Source: Tannerellaceae bacterium (GTDB lineage Bacteria; Bacteroidota; Bacteroidia; Bacteroidales; CAMTPD01). Taken from it: a DNA stretch of 64,000 nucleotides. The stretch is taken from NCBI GenBank assembly GCA_051660585.1, contig JBOFPV010000038.1, positions 1,151 through 65,150 of the forward strand, written 5' to 3'. Below are positions 56,513 through 64,000 of this stretch, one piece after another (positions within the stretch are counted from its first letter, which is position 1; each line of letters starts with the position of its first letter). Under the pieces are notes generated by a model. It was not told the origin of the DNA. It saw only the letters and a list, made by a program, of their open reading frames with translations, and made no database searches. The position numbers were made by a program, and so were the translations under genes.

Positions 56513-59500
56513 ATGAACTTAAAGATTCCTAAGGTGACAAAGGCTAGCATATCAAGCCTTTGCTGGATTTTGTTGTTTGTGCTAAACATTGCCAGCGCGC
56601 AAGCTAACTCTCAACAAAACAAATCGATTAAAGTAAGTGGTACAGTTATTGACAACACATCAGCTCCGCTTCTTGGAGTTAATATCGTTGTAAAAGGTAC
56701 GACTACAGGCACAATTTCTGACCTTGATGGTAATTTCACAATCGATGTTCCGTCTAAAAGCTCTGTACTTGAGTTTAAATACATCGGTTTCACTTCTAAA
56801 GAAGTTACAGTCGGATCACAAACAACAATCAACATTACATTACAAGAAGACACTCAAGCTCTAAACGAAGTTGTTGTTGTAGGTTATGGAACATCTAGAG
56901 CTAAAGATATTACTGGATCTGTATCAAGCATCTCTGCAAAAGACATCCAAAATTTGAATACAACAAACGTTGCCTCATTGATGCAAAACCTTGCATCGGG
57001 AGTATTGGTTGCTCAAAACACAGGTAAGCCAGGTGAAACCGTACGTGTACGTGTACGTGGAGCAACATCTTTAACCGGTTCTAACGAACCACTTTACGTT
57101 ATCGACGGTGTTCCTGTAGATGATCCTACAGCATTGGATGCAATCGCACCAAGTGATATTCAATCAATGGATGTATTAAAAGATGCATCAGCAGCGGCGA
57201 TCTATGGTTCTCGTGCAGCAAACGGTGTTGTTATCGTTACTACGCGTAAAGGGAAATCTGGCAAAAAACCAACTTTCAATTTAAACTATAGCTCTACAAT
57301 TGACACACAAATCAAAAACTTCAAGATTCTTTACGGAGACGAATGGCGTGATAAAGTACGTCAATTTGCTAGAGAAACATTGGTTTATGATCCATCCAAT
57401 ACAACTGCTCTTGACATTCTTCGTGAAGGAAGCGATTATTTGGGCAACGGAAACACAAACTGGTTTGACGAAGTAAAACAACCGGCATGGCGTCATAGCG
57501 TTGATGCATCTATCAGTGGTGGTACTGATCAAAACAGATATTTCGTATCGCTTTCGATGCTTGACCAAAAAGGGATGGTATTAGGCGATGATTTGAAACG
57601 TTACAATGGACGTGTCAATTTAGATGTAGATGTACTACCTGTCCTTCGTTTCGGTACGAACATGTTGGTAGGTTATACCGACACAAACAAATCCGGAACA
57701 TCGATGTTCTCAGCACAAGGATATCGCCCAGATATCGATATCTACGATCAAAACGGCGACTACTTAATGATCAACAACAGTGCAAATCCTGTTGCAAATA
57801 CACATAAAAAAGACAACACAAATGCCTACCGTTTCTTAGGAACTATCTGGGGTGAAGTAGATATTTATAAAGGTCTTAAATTCAAATCATCTCTTTCGAT
57901 CTCACAAGATTTCAACTTCAGAGAAACATTCTCTCCAAGTTTCCTTTCAAGCAATAAAAAAGCGAGTGGTTCGGAATACAACTATAAAGCATACAAAACG
58001 GTATTCGACAACGTGCTTACCTATAATGTTAAGTTCAACGATCGTCATGTAGTCGATGCTGTAGGGGGTGTTTCCTTTGAAAGCTTCGAAGGTAAAAGTA
58101 CTTCAATCAGCGGATCCAACTATGCACTGGATGATATCTACACAAACATTGGTAGTGCAAGTGAAATCTCAGCTAAAAATGTATCAAACGGATACAACAC
58201 ACGCGGTTTATTATCTTCATTCGTAAGAGCAAACTATAAATTCGACGACAAATACCTGTTCACATTTACAGGACGTTACGACGGCTCATCCATGTTCGGA
58301 GCTAAAAACCGTTACGGATTCTTCCCTTCAGGAGCCGTTGCATGGCGTATTTCGCAAGAAGACTTCATGAAAAACGTCACATTTGTCGACGACCTTAAGA
58401 TTAAAGTAAGTGCAGGTACCACAGGTACACAAAACCTTACTAGCTTCTCAAACCGCGACTTATACTCGTCGAGCAGCTACATGGATCTACCTGCTCTTAT
58501 CCACAGTCAAATCGGTAATAGAGAAATTCGTTGGGAGAAATCTACACAATATGACTTCGGTCTTGACTTCGCCATCTTAGAGCAACGTTTCCGTGGTACT
58601 ATTGGTGGATACATCAAAAATACAAACGACTTGATCTGGGCATTCCAATTCCCATCAAGTACAGCCGGAGGTTCAATGAACCGCAACGTAGGTTCCGTAC
58701 AAAACAAAGGTCTTGAATTCACATTCACAGGCGTATTGATCCAAAACCAAGATATCAACTGGTCGGCAACACTCAACCTTGCACACAACAAGAATAAAGT
58801 AACTTATCTTGTATCTGAAGGAGCTGTGGAAAACGGCATGGGTATCAACATCCACGGTAGCGGATCACAAGTTTTAGCTCAAGGCTATCCAATGGGATCT
58901 TTCTTCGGATGGGAACACAACGGCATTATCCAATCTCAAGATCGTGTAGACGAACTAAACGAATATGCCAAATCAAAAGGTCAAAGCTACTATGACGGAA
59001 ACAAACTACGTCCGGGTATGCTTGAATACCGTGACACGAACGAAGACGGAAAAATCGACAATAAAGACCGTATGATTGTTGGTTCACCAGATCCTAAAGT
59101 ATTCGGAGGTCTTTCATCAAACTTCGAATACAAACGCTTCACTGCGTTTGCATCATTCGGATTCCAAATCGGTGGTTTGAAATCATATAGCAAAACATTA
59201 CAAAACATGCCGTCGCAACTTACCGGTCTTATCGATTATGGTTTGAACGATCGTTGGTCTGACGACAACAGAGATGCAAAATATCCGGCTCTTTACTTAG
59301 AAGATGGCGTTCCACGCTCTTCTGGAATTGAGTTACACAATGCATCATACTTCCGTTTACAAGAACTACGTCTTGCGTACGACATTCCTAAATTTGTAGG
59401 AATCAATACACAAGTATTCGTATCAGGTTCTAATCTATTTACGATTACGAAATATCCGGGCACCGACCCTGCAACTGTAAACAGCGGCAACTACGGTGGT

Positions 59501-59563
59501 AACTACGAATCATCTTATCCGGGTATCCGTTCATTCTCGATCGGTTTAAAACTTAATCTATAA
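56513..59563 (+). CDS. susC: SusC/RagA family TonB-dependent transporter
   Basis: LNEVVVVGYG, PLYVIDGVP, VLKDASAAAIYGSRAANGVVIVTT and FFPSGAVAW. Confidence 0.96.
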   Translation: MNLKIPKVTKASISSLCWILLFVLNIASAQANSQQNKSIKVSGTVIDNTSAPLLGVNIVVKGTTTGTISDLDGNFTIDVPSKSSVLEFKYIGFTSKEVTVGSQTTINITLQEDTQALNEVVVVGYGTSRAKDITGSVSSISAKDIQNLNTTNVASLMQNLASGVLVAQNTGKPGETVRVRVRGATSLTGSNEPLYVIDGVPVDDPTALDAIAPSDIQSMDVLKDASAAAIYGSRAANGVVIVTTRKGKSGKKPTFNLNYSSTIDTQIKNFKILYGDEWRDKVRQFARETLVYDPSNTTALDILREGSDYLGNGNTNWFDEVKQPAWRHSVDASISGGTDQNRYFVSLSMLDQKGMVLGDDLKRYNGRVNLDVDVLPVLRFGTNMLVGYTDTNKSGTSMFSAQGYRPDIDIYDQNGDYLMINNSANPVANTHKKDNTNAYRFLGTIWGEVDIYKGLKFKSSLSISQDFNFRETFSPSFLSSNKKASGSEYNYKAYKTVFDNVLTYNVKFNDRHVVDAVGGVSFESFEGKSTSISGSNYALDDIYTNIGSASEISAKNVSNGYNTRGLLSSFVRANYKFDDKYLFTFTGRYDGSSMFGAKNRYGFFPSGAVAWRISQEDFMKNVTFVDDLKIKVSAGTTGTQNLTSFSNRDLYSSSSYMDLPALIHSQIGNREIRWEKSTQYDFGLDFAILEQRFRGTIGGYIKNTNDLIWAFQFPSSTAGGSMNRNVGSVQNKGLEFTFTGVLIQNQDINWSATLNLAHNKNKVTYLVSEGAVENGMGINIHGSGSQVLAQGYPMGSFFGWEHNGIIQSQDRVDELNEYAKSKGQSYYDGNKLRPGMLEYRDTNEDGKIDNKDRMIVGSPDPKVFGGLSSNFEYKRFTAFASFGFQIGGLKSYSKTLQNMPSQLTGLIDYGLNDRWSDDNRDAKYPALYLEDGVPRSSGIELHNASYFRLQELRLAYDIPKFVGINTQVFVSGSNLFTITKYPGTDPATVNSGNYGGNYESSYPGIRSFSIGLKLNL

Positions 59564-59585
59564 GCGCATAAACTTAGTATAAGTC

Positions 59586-61076
59586 ATGATCAAAAAATAC
59601 ATTACACTATCCCTTATAGCCTTGTTTACTGCAAGCTGCTCGCTTGTAGATGTATTAGACAAGACCCCTGCGTATGACGCAGACTTAGACGGAGCAATCA
59701 CAAATCAAAAAACCGTTGAGCTTGCACTCAACGGTATATATTCTTTCTTACCGGGTGCCGGCTTTAATGTTTTATTTCCTACAACAAGCGGAAGCTTTCA
59801 AGGCGGGACATTAAATCGTCAGGACAGTATTACGAGCGGAAACTCTATTTACATGAGCGAACGCTACTGCCCAACCTTGAGCTACAGCTCTAACTTTACC
59901 GACGACGAGTGGAACTCTGATTACATGATTGTAAAGAATGCGAACTTTTTGCTTGAGGCATGTGCCAAGATTGCAGACAAAGAGTTTACCGGAAATCGCA
60001 AAAACGAAATTCTTGGTGAAATCTATTTTCTAAGAGCATTTGCATACAGCCGTCTGATGGTTCGTTATGCAGAATATTGGGATCTCAACAGCCGTTTCGG
60101 TCTTATCCTTCGCAGCGAACTACCCGAAATTGGTAATGCTCAAAAAGGCCGTAGCACTGTTCAAGAAAGCTACGATGCAATCTTTGCAGATCTAAATAAA
60201 GCAATCGAACTTGCACCAAAACGTGCAAAATCGAGCCAAGCCTCGTTCCAAGCAGCAAAAGCATTGAAAGCAAGACTTCTGCTTTATTCACAACAATACG
60301 CCGACGCAGCTAAACTAGCTGAAGAGTTGATTCAAAACAACGAAATCCTGCTAGAAGCAACATACGACAACGTTTTTGCCAAACACAACACAACTCCAGA
60401 GATTCTATTTGCGCGTGTATTTATGTCCGACGCATCGTCAACAGATACACGTATCAAAGCATTTGGAACAAAGAATGTAGGTGGTGCCGGCGGATACTGG
60501 TGTCCTACCAAAGAGTTTGTCACACTACTAGGAAACGATCCCCGCGAAAATACAATCATCGCACCACTAGACAGTATCGTATATAGCGGTAAAAAGCAAT
60601 ACAACTGTAAGACCGTTAAGAAATACCTAACCGACAAAAACGACATGCCTGTCATGTATCTTCGTACGGCAGAGGTATACCTAATCTTGGCAGAAGCTCG
60701 TTACCGCATGGGAGCATCCATTGCACAAGCTTTCGAACCAATCGCAAAACTTCGTATGCGTGCAGGTGCTGAAGTAAAAACTCCGGCAAACATGGAAGAA
60801 CTTGAAGACGCAATCTACAACGAATGGGTAATCGAAATGAGTTTCGAAAACTGGCATGAGTTTTTTGTTGCGATTCGCTTCTCAAATCCGGAACAATTAG
60901 AGTTCAATCGTCTTATCGCTATGAACAAAGCACTGCGTGAAGCTTTGGAAAAAGAGTTTGCAGTAAGCAATGAAAAGGGACAAGATTATCTGAAACGCAT
61001 CCGCGACAGAAGAATTGACAAAATCCCTGCTGCTGAAACCAACAGCAACGCAGTAGAACAAAACCCGGGATATTAA
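59586..61076 (+). CDS. susD: SusD/RagB family lipoprotein
   Basis: Lipobox TASC, GEIYFLRAFAY, AAKALKARLLLY, RTAEVYLILAEA and C-terminal QNPGY. Confidence 0.92.
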   Translation: MIKKYITLSLIALFTASCSLVDVLDKTPAYDADLDGAITNQKTVELALNGIYSFLPGAGFNVLFPTTSGSFQGGTLNRQDSITSGNSIYMSERYCPTLSYSSNFTDDEWNSDYMIVKNANFLLEACAKIADKEFTGNRKNEILGEIYFLRAFAYSRLMVRYAEYWDLNSRFGLILRSELPEIGNAQKGRSTVQESYDAIFADLNKAIELAPKRAKSSQASFQAAKALKARLLLYSQQYADAAKLAEELIQNNEILLEATYDNVFAKHNTTPEILFARVFMSDASSTDTRIKAFGTKNVGGAGGYWCPTKEFVTLLGNDPRENTIIAPLDSIVYSGKKQYNCKTVKKYLTDKNDMPVMYLRTAEVYLILAEARYRMGASIAQAFEPIAKLRMRAGAEVKTPANMEELEDAIYNEWVIEMSFENWHEFFVAIRFSNPEQLEFNRLIAMNKALREALEKEFAVSNEKGQDYLKRIRDRRIDKIPAAETNSNAVEQNPGY

Positions 61077-61218
61077 TTACCATACATACAAAAGCAGGGT
61101 GTCTCTAACACAAACGAGCCATCCTGCTCTATTTCTTTAAACGCCAAACCTACTCGTTGTTCAAAAAAACGAGAATGGGTCTTTATAACAATCTCAACCC
61201 TTTTAACAATCGAAAGCG

Positions 61219-62391
61219 ATGAAGAAAAACATTATCCTTTTATGTCTTGCTTTTGTTGCCTGCTTCACAGCTAAAGCAGCAGAAGAGACAACAGGCATTC
61301 AATTCGAACATGGAACATGGAGCCAAGCCGTAGAGAAAGCAAAAGCAGAAAACAAACTAATCTTTGTAGACTTTTACACGCAATGGTGCGGACCGTGTAT
61401 GAACATGGCAGAAGAAGTATTCGTACTTCCTACTGTTGGTGAATTCTACAACACAAACTTTGTAAACTTAAAAATCGATGCTGAAAACGGCGAAGGTGTA
61501 GACCTAGCAAAGAAATATGGCGTAAGAAGTTACCCTACTTATGTATTTATCGACCCTGCTACACAAGAAGCAGTACACATGAGCAGCAGCCGCCAAACAG
61601 GCCCGGGCTTTATTAAAACCGGAGCAAACGCAAAAAATCCGTCTACGCGTTCTTTTTATTTGATTGAGCAATTTGAGAAAGGAAACAGAGACAAACAATT
61701 CCTTTCAGACTACATCGAATACATGAAGTCGACCTACAAAACAGACAATGTAAGCAAAGCTTTCGATATTTTGATTGCACAAGGAGCCACTCTTGAGCAG
61801 CCGGAAATCTGGACTTTATTTGTTGAAACAATCAACGGTCCAAAGAATCCATATATCAAGCAAGTATCAGACAAATACACTAAGTTTATAGAGCTATACG
61901 GCAAAAAAGCTGTAGACGAAAAACTAGCAAAAGAAACAACTTACCTTTCAATCGAAGAACTTGATCAGTTTTGCGACTATGAAGGCAAGCGATTCAATCG
62001 TGAAATGATTGAGTTGAACGGTTACACCAAAGCTAAAGAATACGACAAAGCGATTGTTAAGATTGATGCTTTAATCGCAGACACTAGCATAAACAGACAA
62101 GCACTTATAGATCGTCTTAAGTTTATTGTACGTGGTGGCGTATCTGAAAACAGCCCTGCAAACTGGTCTAAGAAATGTCTTGAGTATTTGCAGTTCATTG
62201 CCTACAACAACGAAGATCGTCGCGATTCGTATGTTCACTACGAATACGGAGCTGCACTTGAAAAATACATCAAGATGATGAACAACAAGACTGAGCTTCC
62301 TGCAACCATTCTCGACGCTCCAAAAGTAGGAAAGAACAACTACAACATGCGTTCGGACAAACTTAAGATGAAACCTGTCAAAAAGAAATAA
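61219..62391 (+). CDS. Secreted thioredoxin-domain protein with a helical C-terminus
   Basis: Signal peptide; FVDFYTQWCGPC; cis-Pro motif SYPT. Confidence 0.88.
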   Translation: MKKNIILLCLAFVACFTAKAAEETTGIQFEHGTWSQAVEKAKAENKLIFVDFYTQWCGPCMNMAEEVFVLPTVGEFYNTNFVNLKIDAENGEGVDLAKKYGVRSYPTYVFIDPATQEAVHMSSSRQTGPGFIKTGANAKNPSTRSFYLIEQFEKGNRDKQFLSDYIEYMKSTYKTDNVSKAFDILIAQGATLEQPEIWTLFVETINGPKNPYIKQVSDKYTKFIELYGKKAVDEKLAKETTYLSIEELDQFCDYEGKRFNREMIELNGYTKAKEYDKAIVKIDALIADTSINRQALIDRLKFIVRGGVSENSPANWSKKCLEYLQFIAYNNEDRRDSYVHYEYGAALEKYIKMMNNKTELPATILDAPKVGKNNYNMRSDKLKMKPVKKK

Positions 62392-62566
62392 TCTAACAAT
62401 AATTCATATTTACACAAACACTTAACATCCTACCTTGCAGAAACACACAGACAAGTTCTATGTAGATAATCTTTACAAATAGTAAAGCATTATCACATAA
62501 GAACTTGTTCATATGCAAAATGAACCTATCTTTGCAAAAAAACAATAAGAAACAGACAATAAACTC

Positions 62567-64000
62567 ATGAGAAAAGTTTTAAGCTTAGCATTATTAATGT
62601 GCTTTAGTCTCCTAGTAAACGCACAAATCCTTGAGCCAATCGTTTGGGACATCACGTTCTCAGACAAAGGAGCCAACCAAAAAGAAATCATCTTCAAAGC
62701 AGAAGTTGAAGATGGATGGCACTTGTATGACATGAACCTTCCCGAAGGAGGTCCTAACTCTACCGTATTCAGCTTCTCTACAGTAAAAGGAGCCGAACTA
62801 GTAGGAAAAGTAACAACTTCTCAAAAACCGGTTGCTAAATACGACGAAATGTTTGGCATGGAACTTCGCTGGTACGAAGGCCCTGTTACATTCGTACAAA
62901 AGATCAAAGTATTGGATGCAGACGCATTCAAGATCGAAGGCGAAGTAGAATTTATGGGTTGTAACGACGAAACTTGTCTTCCTCCCAACCGTATCGACTT
63001 CTCGTTTGATAAAAAGAACTTGAAATCAGGCGCCGACGTAGCACAAGCTGCTAAACCAAAAGAAGAACCAAAAGCTGCAGAAAAAGTAGCAACAACAGAA
63101 GCTGTTCAGCCGGCTGCACAAGCACAAGAAGCAGCAGAAACTGTTGCCGTTGCCGAAGAAGCTGTAGCACAAGATAGCAAAGCAGAAGATACAATTCTTT
63201 CATCTGCACTAACCAACAACTCTAAACTTTGGACTCCGGTAATCGAAGAACTTAAACTTGCCGGCAACAAAGGAGAAACAGGTACAGAAACAACCTCTTG
63301 GTTGTATATCTTCCTTGCCGGATTTATCGGTGGTGCACTTGCACTTCTTACACCATGTGTATGGCCAATGATTCCGATGACAGTAAGTTTCTTCTTGAAA
63401 CGTTCTAAAAACGATCGCAAGAAAGGTATTCGCGATGCAATGACTTACGGTATTTCTATCATCATCATCTATCTTGTGATGGGCTTGGTCGTAACAGGCG
63501 TATTCGGAGCTAGTGCATTGAACAACCTTTCTACAAACGCAGTATTCAACTTGATCTTCTTCGGTCTTCTTGTACTATTTGCGGTTTCATTCCTTGGCGC
63601 ATTCGAATTGGTACTTCCGGCTAGCTGGACAACCAAACTAGACAGCAAGGCCGATTCTACTACCGGTGTATTGAGCATCTTCTTCATGTCATTTACACTT
63701 GTATTGGTTTCGTTCTCTTGTACCGGTCCTATCATCGGAACACTTCTTGTAGAAGCAGCATCAACCGGCTCGGCAGCAGGCCCAGCTGTAGGTATGTTCG
63801 GTTTTGCACTTGCATTATCGATTCCTTTCAGCTTGTTCGCAATCTTCCCAACTTGGTTGCAAGGTCTTCCTAAATCGGGTGGATGGTTGAATTCAGTTAA
63901 AGTAGTTCTTGGTTTCCTTGAACTTGCTCTTGCACTTAAATTCCTTTCGGTAGCAGACCTTGCTTACGGTTGGAGAATCATGGACCGCGAAGTATTCCTT
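62567..64000 (+). CDS. dsbD: Thiol:disulfide interchange protein DsbD (runs off the window)
   Basis: Not in the ORF track. ATG 62567 MRKVLSLALL; N-domain GWHLY and GCNDETCLPP; TM domain LTPCVWPMIP and SFSCTGPIIG; own -7 element TATCTTTG at 62527-62534. Confidence 0.92.
   Translation, partial: MRKVLSLALLMCFSLLVNAQILEPIVWDITFSDKGANQKEIIFKAEVEDGWHLYDMNLPEGGPNSTVFSFSTVKGAELVGKVTTSQKPVAKYDEMFGMELRWYEGPVTFVQKIKVLDADAFKIEGEVEFMGCNDETCLPPNRIDFSFDKKNLKSGADVAQAAKPKEEPKAAEKVATTEAVQPAAQAQEAAETVAVAEEAVAQDSKAEDTILSSALTNNSKLWTPVIEELKLAGNKGETGTETTSWLYIFLAGFIGGALALLTPCVWPMIPMTVSFFLKRSKNDRKKGIRDAMTYGISIIIIYLVMGLVVTGVFGASALNNLSTNAVFNLIFFGLLVLFAVSFLGAFELVLPASWTTKLDSKADSTTGVLSIFFMSFTLVLVSFSCTGPIIGTLLVEAASTGSAAGPAVGMFGFALALSIPFSLFAIFPTWLQGLPKSGGWLNSVKVVLGFLELALALKFLSVADLAYGWRIMDREVFL

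Noticed and set aside
63030-63200. Low-complexity Ala/Glu-rich stretch
   Set aside because: It is the flexible linker between the DsbD N-domain and TM domain, not a repeat element.

Overview
Ordinary-looking chromosomal window of a Bacteroidales bacterium (Parabacteroides/Tannerellaceae-like gene content, Bacteroidota TAnnTTTG promoters). I saw no phage, IS, integrase or CRISPR array. It holds about 46 CDS and one tRNA-Ala(GGC): a partial GH36 alpha-galactosidase; a divergent cluster of a tetraheme NapC/NirT-FGE fusion, a Tat-exported Gfo/Idh/MocA oxidoreductase and a Tat-exported TIM-barrel; a hemerythrin-like/LuxR/FetAB-like/TonB-receptor cluster; two glutamate dehydrogenases flanking an AmgK-RapZ fusion, a MurU-like gene and a receiver-domain dikinase; ruvC; RelA/SpoT; CCA enzyme; a leuA-leuC-leuD-cimA-mgsA-leuB operon; rRNA methyltransferases; lipA; DPP4; a CLC-F type fluoride exporter; valS; and a CAZyme-free SusC/SusD pair next to thioredoxin and DsbD. 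Best leads: (1) the cytochrome-FGE/GFO/TIM cluster as a candidate periplasmic, respiration-linked glycoside oxidation system; (2) an unannotated Leu+Ile leader-peptide attenuator on the leu/cimA operon; (3) a receiver-domain dikinase with no PEP domain beside gdhB; (4) a perfect 20-bp palindrome before the TonB receptor; (5) two tandem 44-nt hairpin units with compensatory changes. All family calls come from motif recognition by eye, with no database search.
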